A stretch of 64,000 nucleotides of DNA from assembly GCA_965202805.1 (NCBI GenBank), contig OZ241869.1, positions 3,584,001-3,648,000 of the forward strand. The letters run 5' to 3'. The notes under the pieces are model-generated. The model was not told where the DNA came from and did no database searches. It worked only from the letters and a program-made list of their open reading frames with translations. Shown piece by piece: positions 1 to 9,301 of the stretch. Source of the stretch: Longimicrobiales bacterium (GTDB lineage: Bacteria > Gemmatimonadota > Gemmatimonadetes > Longimicrobiales > Gaopeijiaceae). Every line of letters starts with the position of its first letter. Position 1 is the first letter of the stretch. A program made the position numbers and the translations under genes.

Positions 1-217
1 TCGTGATTTCCGCAATCCGGTGTTCAACGGCGCGTTCGGCGTGGACGTGCGCAACGAGGACGGCCTCATCGTGGTGAGCGACATGAGCACCGGGTTCTGG
101 ACCTTCCGCATGGAGGGATTCCAGGGCTGGAACGGCGAGGACTGGGGGATGCCCGACATCTCGAGCGTGCAGAAGTGGGACGAGACCCGCCCGCGCCCGG
201 TGAGCCAGGAGCGGTGA
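1..217 (+). CDS. 3' end of a protein running in from the left edge, probably LVIVD-repeat/beta-propeller type (partial)
   Basis: Open frame from position 2 (RDFRNPVFNGAFGVDVRNEDGLIVVSDMSTGFWTFR...); 'GAFGVDV..DGLIVVSD..TG' resembles the last blade of LVIVD-repeat proteins. Confidence 0.5.
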   Translation, partial: RDFRNPVFNGAFGVDVRNEDGLIVVSDMSTGFWTFRMEGFQGWNGEDWGMPDISSVQKWDETRPRPVSQER

Positions 218-221
218 GCCG

Positions 222-830
222 ATGATGGGCAAGACGCTGCTCCTCGCACTGCTGGCCGCGCTGGCCCCGGCCGCCGCGGATTCCGCTCCCGGGATTCCTC
301 CGGGGACGTGCGCGCTTCCGGAGGCCCTCGTGCCGGGCGAAGCGGTCCACCTGCCGCTGCCCGAATCCGCGGCCCCGGTCGACGCGCCCGCGTACTACGC
401 CTTCCCGGTGGTGAGCACCCGCAGGCTCCCGGGCACCGGGCTCGCGGCGGGACTGGGCGAGGTGACCTTCGCCGACTCCCCCTTCGGCGTGACCCTGGCG
501 GAGGACGGCAGCTACGTGCTCGACGTGTGGCTCTCGGTGGAGCGCCTGATGGCGCCCCGCGAAGGCGTCTATGTGGGATGGCTGACCACGCCGGACCTGG
601 ACCAGGTGCAGCGCATCGGTGCGCTTGCGGACGGAGGGCCGCTTCGCGGCCGGGCCCGGTGGAACAAGTTCCTGCTCGTGGTCACGCTCGAGCCCGGCGA
701 CGACCCCGAGGCCGCGATGTGGACCGGTCCGGTGGTGATGCGCGGCATGTCCCGCAGCGGCCAGATGCACACCATGGCGGGGCACGGCGCCTTCGAACAG
801 GAGAACTGCGCCGTCTACGGCTACGATTGA
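222..830 (+). CDS. Secreted hypothetical protein with Met/His-rich C-terminus
   Basis: Signal-peptide-like N-terminus; MRGMSRSGQMHTMAGHG near C-terminus; stop overlaps next start (TTGA). Confidence 0.7.
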   Translation: MMGKTLLLALLAALAPAAADSAPGIPPGTCALPEALVPGEAVHLPLPESAAPVDAPAYYAFPVVSTRRLPGTGLAAGLGEVTFADSPFGVTLAEDGSYVLDVWLSVERLMAPREGVYVGWLTTPDLDQVQRIGALADGGPLRGRARWNKFLLVVTLEPGDDPEAAMWTGPVVMRGMSRSGQMHTMAGHGAFEQENCAVYGYD

Positions 831-2527
831 GGCAGCCGACGCCGGTGCGCCTCCTTCACGGACTGCCCATCCTTCTCATCGCCGCCCTGCCGGGTGCGCT
901 CGCTGCCCAGGAACACCGGATGATGGGCCACGGAGAGCACGGCGAGGCCGATGGCTGGCGCATGCCCCCGATGTCCATGACCATGCCCATGGTGCCCGGG
1001 CTCGAGAACGCGCTCCCGCCCGTGCGTCCCTTCCTGATCGGCGATGGCATGGATCCGGCGATGTTCCCGGCGGCCCAACCCGGCCGGCGTGTCGTGGTGG
1101 CCGACGGGGATACCCTCGACATGGACGTGTCCGTGGTCCGGCGCACGATCGGCGGGCGCGACTACGCCATGCTCGGGTACGACGGCCAGTATCCGGGTCC
1201 CCTCATCCAGGCGGACCGGGGCTCGCGCATCATGGTGCGGGTGACCAACCGCATTCAGTTGCCCACGACCGTCCACTGGCACGGGATCCGGCTGGAGAAC
1301 CGCTTCGACGGCGTCGCCGGGCTCACCCAGGACCCCATCGCCGAAGGCGAGACCTTCACCTACGAGATCGACGTTCCCGACGCCGGCATGTTCTGGTACC
1401 ACCCGCACATGCGCGAGGATGTCCAGCAGGACCTGGGCCTCTACGGGAACCTGCTGGTCATGCCCTCGACCCCGGACTTCTACGGCCCCTCCCATCGCGA
1501 AGAGGTGCTCGTCCTCGACGACATCCTGATCGACGACCAGGGGCTCATCCCCTGGGGCGAGGAAGCGCCGACGCACGCGCTCATGGGACGCTTCGGCACG
1601 GTGATGCTGACCAACGGGGTCGACGACCACCGCATCGCGGCGCGCGCCGGCGAGGTGGTGCGCTTCTACCTGACCAACGTCGCCAACACCCGCACCTTCA
1701 ACGTCCGCTTCGGGAACGCGCGGGTGAAGCTGGTCGCGTCCGATATCGGCAAGTTCGAACGCGAAACCTGGGTGGAGAGCGTGGTCATCGCGCCCGCCGA
1801 GCGCTACGTGGTGGACGTGCGCTTCCCGGAGGCCGGGGAAGTCGGCATCACCAACACGATCCAGGCGGTGAACCACTTCCGCGGCACCTTCTACCCGCAC
1901 GAGGACACGCTCGCGGTCGTCGGCGTGAACGGTCCCGCGGTCGACGATGCCGTCACGCAGGCCTTCGACGAACTGCGCGAAAACCGCGACGTGGCCGAGG
2001 ACATCGAGCCCTTCCGCGCCCTGCTGGGCAAGCCGGTGGACTACGAGCTGGTGACGACGGTCCGGGTACGGGATCTTCCGGTGCCCATCGTGGCGTCGAT
2101 GGAAGCCGACACCTTTTACGTGCCGCCGGTCGAGTGGAACGACGGCATGCCGATGATGAACTGGCTCTCGACGGGCAACCAGGTGACCTGGATCCTGCGG
2201 GAACCGGCCAGCGGGCGGGAGAACGGCGACATCGACTGGCGCTTTCGCGTGGGCGATGTGGTCAAGATCCGGGTGTTCAACGACCCCGAGTCGTTTCATC
2301 CCATGAACCATCCCATCCACATTCACGGCCAGCGGTTCCTGGTGACCGAGCGCGACGGCATCCCCAACACGAACCTGGTGTGGAAGGACACCACCATCCT
2401 TCCGGTCGGCTCGACCATGGATCTGCTGGTGGAGATGTCAAATCCGGGATCATGGATGCTTCATTGTCACATCGCGGAGCACCTGCACGCGGGAATGATG
2501 TTCGTATTCGAGGTTACGGAGGAGTAG
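827..2527 (+). CDS. Multicopper oxidase (CueO/laccase-like), secreted
   Basis: All four Cu motifs present: HWHG, WYHPH, HPIHIHG, HCHIAEHLHAGM; signal peptide then Met/His-rich segment; TTG start at 827 (or GTG 845) chosen over ORF-track 308. Confidence 0.93.
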   Translation: MRQPTPVRLLHGLPILLIAALPGALAAQEHRMMGHGEHGEADGWRMPPMSMTMPMVPGLENALPPVRPFLIGDGMDPAMFPAAQPGRRVVVADGDTLDMDVSVVRRTIGGRDYAMLGYDGQYPGPLIQADRGSRIMVRVTNRIQLPTTVHWHGIRLENRFDGVAGLTQDPIAEGETFTYEIDVPDAGMFWYHPHMREDVQQDLGLYGNLLVMPSTPDFYGPSHREEVLVLDDILIDDQGLIPWGEEAPTHALMGRFGTVMLTNGVDDHRIAARAGEVVRFYLTNVANTRTFNVRFGNARVKLVASDIGKFERETWVESVVIAPAERYVVDVRFPEAGEVGITNTIQAVNHFRGTFYPHEDTLAVVGVNGPAVDDAVTQAFDELRENRDVAEDIEPFRALLGKPVDYELVTTVRVRDLPVPIVASMEADTFYVPPVEWNDGMPMMNWLSTGNQVTWILREPASGRENGDIDWRFRVGDVVKIRVFNDPESFHPMNHPIHIHGQRFLVTERDGIPNTNLVWKDTTILPVGSTMDLLVEMSNPGSWMLHCHIAEHLHAGMMFVFEVTEE

Positions 2528-2535
2528 TGCCGCCG

Positions 2536-3072
2536 ATGTCATCACGCATGTCGTTCGCCGTTGTCGCATTGCTGATCGCGGGGTGTGGGGGACCGCCCGC
2601 AGCGCCGCCCGCATCTCCGGCTCCCGGGTCAGCGCCGCCCGGGACGCCGGCGCCGGGCGATGCGCCTCTCGCCGCGGCAGGCGCTCCGCCGGCGGAGGCT
2701 CCTGCTGACGACGCGACGGGGCCGGAAGGGGGACCGTCCGGCGAGGCATCTCCGGCTCCGGCCGCCTTCTACACGGAACCGCAGGCGCGCCGCGGCCAGC
2801 GCGCGTTTCGCCAGGTCTGTTCGGACTGCCACTACACGAGCGAGTTCAAGGGGCCGGTGTTCACGGACGTGTGGGCGCGCCGCACCGCCCGCGACCTGTA
2901 CCGGGAGCTGCGCCGCACGATGCCCGACGACAACCCGGGAGGGCTGCCGCGCCAGACCTACGTGGACGTCATGGCGTACATCCTCGAGTTGAACGGCTAT
3001 CCCGCCGGTGCCGACGAGCTTCCTCCGGATGATGATGTCCTGGGCAGCTTCAGGCTGACCCCGCCGGAGTGA
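2536..3072 (+). CDS. Mono-heme cytochrome c lipoprotein
   Basis: Lipobox IAGC, Pro/Ala linker, CSDCH heme motif, distal TMP axial Met. Confidence 0.88.
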   Translation: MSSRMSFAVVALLIAGCGGPPAAPPASPAPGSAPPGTPAPGDAPLAAAGAPPAEAPADDATGPEGGPSGEASPAPAAFYTEPQARRGQRAFRQVCSDCHYTSEFKGPVFTDVWARRTARDLYRELRRTMPDDNPGGLPRQTYVDVMAYILELNGYPAGADELPPDDDVLGSFRLTPPE

Positions 3073-3086
3073 CCGGGTCCGGGGCG

Positions 3087-3116
3087 TTGACCCGTCGTCC
3101 CCTGTTTCGGTAGACT
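3087..3116 (+). promoter_or_regulatory. Putative sigma70 promoter for the rpmE2 operon
   Basis: TTGACC-N18-TAGACT about 70 bp upstream of the ATG at 3186. Confidence 0.5.
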
Positions 3117-3185
3117 TGTCGGCTGTTGGCCCTCCGCCCGGCAACGGCGGCGGCGCACCGCACCAGAGTTTTCGGAGCCCAGGGG

Positions 3186-3470
3186 ATGAAAGAAGGTATT
3201 CACCCGGAGTATCACCCGGTGGTGTTTCAGGACGCGTCCAACGGCTACGCGTTCCTGACCCGATCGACCGTCAAGAGCGACAAGACCATCAAGTGGGAAG
3301 ACGGAAACGAGTATCCCCTGGTCAGCCTGGAGATCTCGAGTTCGTCGCACCCGTTCTACACGGGCACCCAGCGCATGGTGGACACGGCGGGCCGCGTCGA
3401 GCGTTTCCAGCAGCGCTATGCGCGTCAGATGCGCAAGAAGTCCGGCGCCGGCGAGTCGGACGCGAAGTAA
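3186..3470 (+). CDS. rpmE2: 50S ribosomal protein L31 type B (Zn-independent)
   Basis: [16 protein letters not shown]...[23 protein letters not shown]; no cysteines. Confidence 0.95.
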   Translation: MKEGIHPEYHPVVFQDASNGYAFLTRSTVKSDKTIKWEDGNEYPLVSLEISSSSHPFYTGTQRMVDTAGRVERFQQRYARQMRKKSGAGESDAK

Positions 3471-3480
3471 CCGGCCGGCG

Positions 3481-3852
3481 ATGGCAGGAGACACGATCTT
3501 CTCCCGGATCGTCCGACGGGAGATTCCGGCCGACATCGTCTATCAGGACGACCTGGTGACGGCGTTTCGCGATATCGCGCCGGCCGCGCCCACGCATGTG
3601 CTGGTGGTGCCCAACCACGTCATCGCCAGCGCGCGCGACCTCACCGGCGAGGACGAGCCGGTGCTGGGCCGCATGTTCGCGGTGGCGGCGCGCATCGCCC
3701 GGGAGCAGGGTATTGCGGAAACCGGCTACCGGTTGATCGTCAACTGCGGCGAGGACGGGTGTCAGGAGGTCTACCACCTCCACATGCACCTGGTCGGTGG
3801 GCGTCCGCTGGGGCCGATGCTCGGGGGTGCCCGGGGCTCGTCGGCCCAATAG
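3481..3852 (+). CDS. Histidine triad (HIT) nucleotide-binding protein
   Basis: [14 protein letters not shown]...[13 protein letters not shown] histidine triad. Confidence 0.93.
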   Translation: MAGDTIFSRIVRREIPADIVYQDDLVTAFRDIAPAAPTHVLVVPNHVIASARDLTGEDEPVLGRMFAVAARIAREQGIAETGYRLIVNCGEDGCQEVYHLHMHLVGGRPLGPMLGGARGSSAQ

Positions 3853-3930
3853 CACTGGAGAACGACCCGAAGGGCGTGTAGCTTTCTCACCTCTCGCGCG
3901 AAGGAGAGGCGACCCAAGGAAGGCGGCAAG

Positions 3931-4236
3931 GTGGCAAAAAGAGGAAAGATCGAACAGAACCTGAAGCGCGCGAAGCTGATCGAGCGCTACGCGGAGCGCC
4001 GTCGCGAGCTTCGGCGGATCATTGCCGACCCCGACAGGTCGACGGAGGAGAAGCGCGAGGCCCAGTGGGCGCTGCGCAAGCTGCCGCGCGATTCCAGCGC
4101 GACCCGGTATCGCAACCGCTGCGGCACCACGGGGCGGCCGCGCGGCCACATCAAGAAGTTCGGCCTTTCCCGCATCGCGTTCCGCGAGTGGTCCCTGGAG
4201 GGGAAGATCCCCGGGGTCCGCAAGTCCAGCTGGTAA
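3931..4236 (+). CDS. rpsN: 30S ribosomal protein S14, long (101 aa) Zn-independent type
   Basis: [30 protein letters not shown]...[11 protein letters not shown]; single Cys. Confidence 0.95.
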   Translation: MAKRGKIEQNLKRAKLIERYAERRRELRRIIADPDRSTEEKREAQWALRKLPRDSSATRYRNRCGTTGRPRGHIKKFGLSRIAFREWSLEGKIPGVRKSSW

Positions 4237-4261
4237 CGCCCGGCCCGCGCAGCCCGCGGCG

Positions 4262-5131
4262 GTGTCCTCTCCCGCCGTCATCGCCGACGAACTCGGCGCG
4301 CACGTCTCGGTAGCCGGCGGCGTCGAGCACGCGCCTGCACGTGCGCGGGACATCACCGCGCTCAACCTGCAGCTCTTCACCAAGCAACCGAACCGCTGGG
4401 CCGAGCCCACGCTCGACGGCGAGCGGATCCGCGCCTTCAGGAGGGCGCGCGCGACCGCCGGCATCCGGTGTGCCGTCGCCCACGACTCCTATCTCATCAA
4501 CCTGGCGTCCCCGGATCCGGGCCTCTGGCGCCGGTCCCTGGACAGCTTCCGGGCGGAGTTGGCGCGCGGTCGTGAGCTGGACCTGGATTTTCTTGTCACG
4601 CACCCGGGGAACGCCACCGACGGCGACATCGCGAGCGGCATCGCCCGCAACGCCGCGGCTCTGACGGAGGCGCTCGAGGGCTGTCCGGACGGGCCAAGGG
4701 TTCTGCTCGAGCTTACTGCGGGGGCGGGCACCTCGGTCGGGGGCCGGTTCGAACACCTCGCCGCGATCCGGGAGGGCACGGGCGCGCCGCTGGACCGGCG
4801 CGTGGGCGTATGCGTCGATACCTGTCACGCGTTTTCCGCCGGGTACGATCTGGTCGGCGACTACGAGGGCGTCTGGCGGGCCTTCGACGGCGAACTGGGC
4901 ATGGAGCTGCTGGAACTCTTTCATCTGAACGACTCGAAGCACCCCTTTGCGTCGCACCGCGACCAGCACGAGATGATCGGCGAGGGTACGCTGGGCGAGG
5001 CCCCCTTCCGCCGCATCATGAGGGACGCTCGTTTCCGGGACATCCCCAAGCTGCTGGAGACGCCCAAGGGCGACGACGTGGTCTCGAACGACCGGCGCAA
5101 CCTGGCGCTCCTCCGTTCATACCGCACGTGA
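4262..5131 (+). CDS. nfo: Endonuclease IV (AP endonuclease)
   Basis: LGAHVSVAGG, HDSYLINLAS, CVDTCHAF, HLNDSK..RDQH, LETP motifs; start approximate. Confidence 0.93.
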   Translation: MSSPAVIADELGAHVSVAGGVEHAPARARDITALNLQLFTKQPNRWAEPTLDGERIRAFRRARATAGIRCAVAHDSYLINLASPDPGLWRRSLDSFRAELARGRELDLDFLVTHPGNATDGDIASGIARNAAALTEALEGCPDGPRVLLELTAGAGTSVGGRFEHLAAIREGTGAPLDRRVGVCVDTCHAFSAGYDLVGDYEGVWRAFDGELGMELLELFHLNDSKHPFASHRDQHEMIGEGTLGEAPFRRIMRDARFRDIPKLLETPKGDDVVSNDRRNLALLRSYRT

Positions 5132-5805
5132 AGGGAGTGGACGTGAAGGGAGCGCGCGTGAAGGACCTGGCTGGCGGGGCGGTGTATGCCGGGCTTCTCC
5201 ACCTGCTGCTGACGGCGCCGCCGGCGCCGGCCGTGGCGCAGATTCCGCTTGCCGTGGAGGTGCGGGCGGGCGGGGTGTATTCGACGCCGTTCGCCCGCGG
5301 GACGGCCGTGGTGCCGGCCGAGCTCGAGGCGGTGGCGCGCGACCTGGAGGTGGGCCCCCGCCCCGCCCCGGTCGTGGAGCTGGCCCTGGTGGGCCGGCCC
5401 CGCCCCTCGCTGCTGCTCGAGTTTCGTTCCGGTGTGAGCCTCGCCGATGTCGCCGGGGAGGGTGGCGGGCACTCCTGGCCGGCAGGCCGGATGACCGCCG
5501 TCCACATTGTGGGCGGGGTTCGGTTGCCGCATCCGCAGCTGCCGGGGGTGGATGTGCGTGCCGCCGCGGGAAAGGTCCTCTACCTCAGCGGCGACGTGAA
5601 CCTGTTGGAGGGCAGCGAAAGGACCGGCCTGCTGCTGTCCGGCGGATTCGGGATTCGCCTTCCCGGCCCCATTCCCGCGACCGGGGTGGCCGAGGCACAG
5701 TGGCACGAGTTCGATCCTGCCTTGCCGGCGGAGGCGGGCGCGGCGGCCGGCGCGGTAACCCGATTTCTCGCCTGGCTGGCCGTGCCGGTGTGGGGGACGT
5801 CATGA
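5128..5805 (+). CDS. Secreted hypothetical protein, possibly outer-membrane beta-barrel-like
   Basis: GTGA overlap with nfo stop, signal peptide (…PAVA|Q), amphipathic beta-strand pattern; fills the gap to the next gene. Confidence 0.6.
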   Translation: MKGVDVKGARVKDLAGGAVYAGLLHLLLTAPPAPAVAQIPLAVEVRAGGVYSTPFARGTAVVPAELEAVARDLEVGPRPAPVVELALVGRPRPSLLLEFRSGVSLADVAGEGGGHSWPAGRMTAVHIVGGVRLPHPQLPGVDVRAAAGKVLYLSGDVNLLEGSERTGLLLSGGFGIRLPGPIPATGVAEAQWHEFDPALPAEAGAAAGAVTRFLAWLAVPVWGTS

Positions 5806-6515
5806 GTCGGGGGCGGGGAACCGGAGCGATTTGGCGGATGGCCGTGGTCGGCGCGGCGCTCGCCACAGCGTGCGACAGCGCCACCATCCCGGCCCTTCCC
5901 GTCCCCTACGACTTCCGCCTGGCGATCTACGGCGCCGACGGGAGCGCGCGCCAACGAACCTTCCACTGGCACCGCGGCGCCGTGGTGCCGGTATACGTGG
6001 ACGACGAACCTGCGGGCGCCGGGGCACTGCGGCAGGCCTTCCGGCGGGCGGTGCGGGCCTGGCGGTCGGCCGCGGTGTTCGGCGAGGTGCGATTGCGGGA
6101 GACCAACGATCTGGGCGAGGCGCGCGCGGTGTTGCGCTGGCACGATGCGGTGGGTGTTCTCTCGACGCCCATGACGTGCGTGGGGCCCGTGACGGGCGCC
6201 GCGTCCACTCTCGGCTGCCTGAACGACCCCCGCGACGCGCTGCGCACCTGGCCCCGCCGCGACGGCGAACCCTCGCAGGTCATCTACCGCGTGGTCATCC
6301 GCCGAACCGACGACCAGGAGCTGCTCGATCGGCTGGTGATCCACGAGATGGGACACGTGTTGGGCATCCTGAGCCATTCACCGGACCCGTCCGACATCAT
6401 GTGGGCGGGCCCGGATCTGCCCCCGGCGCCCACCGCGCGGGATCGCAGCACCCTTCGCTCCCTGTACATGACACCCGTGGATCTTCCGATCGAGAGCCCG
6501 CTTCCCGGGGGATGA
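5802..6515 (+). CDS. Matrixin-family (M10-like) zinc metalloprotease lipoprotein
   Basis: Lipobox ATAC; HEMGHVLGILSHS zinc motif followed by a DIM Met-turn. Confidence 0.85.
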   Translation: MSRGRGTGAIWRMAVVGAALATACDSATIPALPVPYDFRLAIYGADGSARQRTFHWHRGAVVPVYVDDEPAGAGALRQAFRRAVRAWRSAAVFGEVRLRETNDLGEARAVLRWHDAVGVLSTPMTCVGPVTGAASTLGCLNDPRDALRTWPRRDGEPSQVIYRVVIRRTDDQELLDRLVIHEMGHVLGILSHSPDPSDIMWAGPDLPPAPTARDRSTLRSLYMTPVDLPIESPLPGG

Positions 6516-6583
6516 GCTTTCCCTCGGTTGACGCGGCCAATCGATTCCTGTACCCTCCGCGAACTCATCGAGACCGGTCTGAA

Positions 6584-7666
6584 GTGAGCGCTCAAACATC
6601 GAATTTCGGTTCGTCCATCCCGTCCTCCCGCCTGCCGGTGGCCGTGCTGGGGGCCACGGGAATCGTCGGCCAGCGCCTGGTTCGCATGCTCGCGGGCCAT
6701 CCCTCGCTGCGTCTGGCCGAAGTCGTCGCTTCGTCACGGAGTACGGGTCGGCGCTATGCGGACGTGGTCCCCTGGGGCCTGACCGGGGACATTCCGGAGG
6801 CGGCCGCACGGCTGCCCGTGCGCGCCACTCGCGACCGCCTGCGCAGCCGGCTGGTGCTCTCGGCGCTGCCGCGCGCCGTCGCAACCGACCTGGAACTCGA
6901 TCTCGCCCGCGGCGGCCACGTCGTCTGCAGCAACGCCTCCGCGCACCGTCAGCGCGCGGATGTGCCCCTGATCGTGCCGGAAATCAACGCCGGGGACCTG
7001 GCACGGACCCGGTCCCAGCCGTGGTTCGACGGGGGAGGCGCGCTGGTGACCAACCCGAACTGCGTCGTCGTCGGAGTCGCACTGGCGCTCGCTCCGATCG
7101 AAGGGAGCTTCGGGATCGAGGAGGCGACGGTGGTCACCCTGCAGGCGCTCACCGGCGCCGGGCTGCAGGGCACGGCGGCGGTGCAGATGTCCGGAAACGT
7201 CGTTCCCTGGATCTCCGGCGAAGAGGAAAAGATCGGGCCCGAACTCAACAAGATCCTCGGTACCCGGATCCGGGTCGCCGCCAGCACGAATCGGGTGCCC
7301 GTGCTCGATGGGCACATGACACATGTCTTCCTGAAGCTGCGGACGCCGGCTCGGCCGGAGGAGGTCGAGCGCAGCCTGCTCGACTACCGCCCCTGCCCAT
7401 CCCTGCCCGAGTTGCCGACGCTTCCGGAACGGCCCCTCGCGGTGCGCTCCGAGCCCGACCGGCCCCAGCCCCGCCTCGACATCGGCGCCTCGCGCGGCAT
7501 GGCGGTCAGCATCGGCCGCATACGCTCAGCGCCCCCGCACGATCTGGCCCTCGTCACCGTGGTGCACAACGGGATACGCGGCGCCGCCGGGGCGTGCCTG
7601 GCCAACGCCGAGCTGTGTGTCGCCCGCGGGCTGCTCGAACCCGGCGAATCGAGGGCCGGAGGCTGA
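6584..7666 (+). CDS. asd: Aspartate-semialdehyde dehydrogenase
   Basis: VLGATGIVGQ Rossmann motif, SNASAHR, VPLIVPEIN, catalytic TNPNC, RVPVLDGH, HNGIRGAAG; start could be ATG 6512. Confidence 0.92.
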   Translation: MSAQTSNFGSSIPSSRLPVAVLGATGIVGQRLVRMLAGHPSLRLAEVVASSRSTGRRYADVVPWGLTGDIPEAAARLPVRATRDRLRSRLVLSALPRAVATDLELDLARGGHVVCSNASAHRQRADVPLIVPEINAGDLARTRSQPWFDGGGALVTNPNCVVVGVALALAPIEGSFGIEEATVVTLQALTGAGLQGTAAVQMSGNVVPWISGEEEKIGPELNKILGTRIRVAASTNRVPVLDGHMTHVFLKLRTPARPEEVERSLLDYRPCPSLPELPTLPERPLAVRSEPDRPQPRLDIGASRGMAVSIGRIRSAPPHDLALVTVVHNGIRGAAGACLANAELCVARGLLEPGESRAGG

Positions 7667-7724
7667 GGGTTCGCGGCTGAGCGTCTCCGCGACCGCGGGC
7701 GCGATGGTGCCGTTCGCCGGCTGT

Positions 7725-7753
7725 TGGACAAACATGATCGGCATCGCTACTTT
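7725..7753 (+). promoter_or_regulatory. Putative sigma70 promoter of the 6S-like RNA
   Basis: TGGACA-N17-TACTTT directly before the long hairpin. Confidence 0.55.
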
Positions 7754-7754
7754 T

Positions 7755-7917
7755 GCCCTGCGTTTCGGAGGCCCATCGATAATTGAGCCAACACAATGAG
7801 GCCGGGACTGGCTCTCGCGCCGGACGCAACGCCCCGGAACCGGGGACTGCGGAACTCGCGGGGAGGTCGCCAAGGATTCGTACCCGGGCTTCAAATATCT
7901 CCTCCGAAACGTCGGGA
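7755..7917 (+). ncRNA. ssrS: Probable 6S RNA
   Basis: ~160-nt rod: CGTTTCGGAGG (7761-7771) pairs perfectly with CCTCCGAAACG (7901-7911); TTGAGCC pairs with GGCTTCAA; A-rich unpaired central bubble (AACACAATGA); CCCTG at 5' end; own promoter and terminator. Confidence 0.7.
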
Positions 7918-7953
7918 GGCTGGCGTCCGACGGGGCGCCGGTCTCCTGTTTTT
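7915..7953 (+). terminator. Rho-independent terminator
   Basis: GGAGGCTGGCGTC-loop-GGCGCCGGTCTCC hairpin followed by TGTTTTT. Confidence 0.7.
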
Positions 7954-7991
7954 CTGATGGCCGTCCTCGCGTCCGAAGCGGGAAGGGAGAG

Positions 7992-8408
7992 ATGCCGCGG
8001 GTAAGGATCACGCGGAGGGTGCACTTCTGCGCCGCCCACCGGCTGCACCGGGCCGACTGGTCCGACGAGCGCAACCGCGAGGTGTTCCGCAACTGCGCCA
8101 ATCGCAACTGGCACGGGCACAACTACGAGCTGGACGTGACCGTGGAGGGACCGGTCGACCCGGAGACGGGTTACGTCATGGACCTCAAGCAGTTGCGCGA
8201 TCTGGTGCAGGAGGGGGTGGTCGACGAGGTGGACCACGCCAACCTGAACCTGGATGTCGATTGGCTGGAGGGGACGATTCCCACCACGGAGAACGTGGTG
8301 GTGGCGATGTGGCACAGGCTGCGCGAGCGGATGCCCCCGCAGGTCGAGTTGGTGAAGCTGGTCCTGTGGGAGACGCCGAGGAACCGGGCGGAGTACTCGG
8401 GTGGGTAG
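7992..8408 (+). CDS. queD: 6-pyruvoyl-tetrahydropterin synthase / QueD family
   Basis: FCAAHRL, C.N..WHGHNY, DHANLN, PTTEN, LWETPRN motifs. Confidence 0.88.
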   Translation: MPRVRITRRVHFCAAHRLHRADWSDERNREVFRNCANRNWHGHNYELDVTVEGPVDPETGYVMDLKQLRDLVQEGVVDEVDHANLNLDVDWLEGTIPTTENVVVAMWHRLRERMPPQVELVKLVLWETPRNRAEYSGG

Positions 8409-8508
8409 CCGCGGAACGGCGATGCGGGGGTCGTGTCCGGAGGATCCACGGACCCGGGAGGAGTTTCTCGCCCTGGCGCCGAAGTCGGGGAAACCGGACT
8501 AGCAGCCG

Positions 8509-9264
8509 GTGACTGCCGGGAGCGGGTCGCCGATGGGAGAACCCCGCGGACGATCGGTCGACCTGGCCGGCCGGTCCGCACTGGTGACGGGCGCGACCAG
8601 CGGGATCGGCGCCGCATGCGCGCGGCTGCTGGCGTCCGCCGGGGCGGATGTTTTTCTGGTGGCGCGGCGGCGCGACCTGCTCGCGCGCACCGCGGGCGAG
8701 ATCGGCGCACACGACCTGCCGGCGGATCTCGCCGACGATCGCCAGGTGGAAGCCATGTCGGCGGAGGTGTCGGCGCGCCTGGGCGGCTCCCCCGATATCC
8801 TCGTCCACTCGGCGGGCGTGTTTTCCCTCGCCCCCCTTCACCAGACCGATCCGGAGGATCTGGACCGCAGCCTGAGCGTCAACCTGCGCAGCGCCTTTCT
8901 CCTGGCACGGGCCTTCCTCCCCGGGATGCTGCGCCGCAATCGGGGGCAGATCGTGCTGGTGGGATCGGTGGCGGGACGTACCGCGTTTCCCGACAACGGC
9001 GCCTACTCCGCCTCCAAGTTCGGGCTGCGCGGCATGCACGAAGTGCTCCGGGAGGAGACCCGCGGGACGGGCGTGCGGACCTCGCTGGTCGAGCCGGGAG
9101 CGTGCGACACCCCGATCTGGGATGCCATCGACCCGGAACGCCACCCCGGGCTTCCGCCGCGCGACGCCATGCTCGAAGCACGGCAGGTCGCCGAGGCGAT
9201 CCTGTTTCTGGCCACCCGCCCCGCCACCGTCCAGATCCCCCTTCTGCAGATCGAGCGCGCGTGA
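8509..9264 (+). CDS. Short-chain dehydrogenase/reductase
   Basis: TGATSGIG, catalytic YSASK, VEPG. Confidence 0.92.
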   Translation: MTAGSGSPMGEPRGRSVDLAGRSALVTGATSGIGAACARLLASAGADVFLVARRRDLLARTAGEIGAHDLPADLADDRQVEAMSAEVSARLGGSPDILVHSAGVFSLAPLHQTDPEDLDRSLSVNLRSAFLLARAFLPGMLRRNRGQIVLVGSVAGRTAFPDNGAYSASKFGLRGMHEVLREETRGTGVRTSLVEPGACDTPIWDAIDPERHPGLPPRDAMLEARQVAEAILFLATRPATVQIPLLQIERA

Positions 9265-9301
9265 CGCGGGCGAATCTCGTCGGCCTGCGTTGCCGAGATT
9301 C

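Noticed and set aside
5128..5166. GTGAAGG triplet repeat at a gene start
   Set aside because: Short 15-bp-period coding repeat that only makes the start codon ambiguous; no further significance supportable
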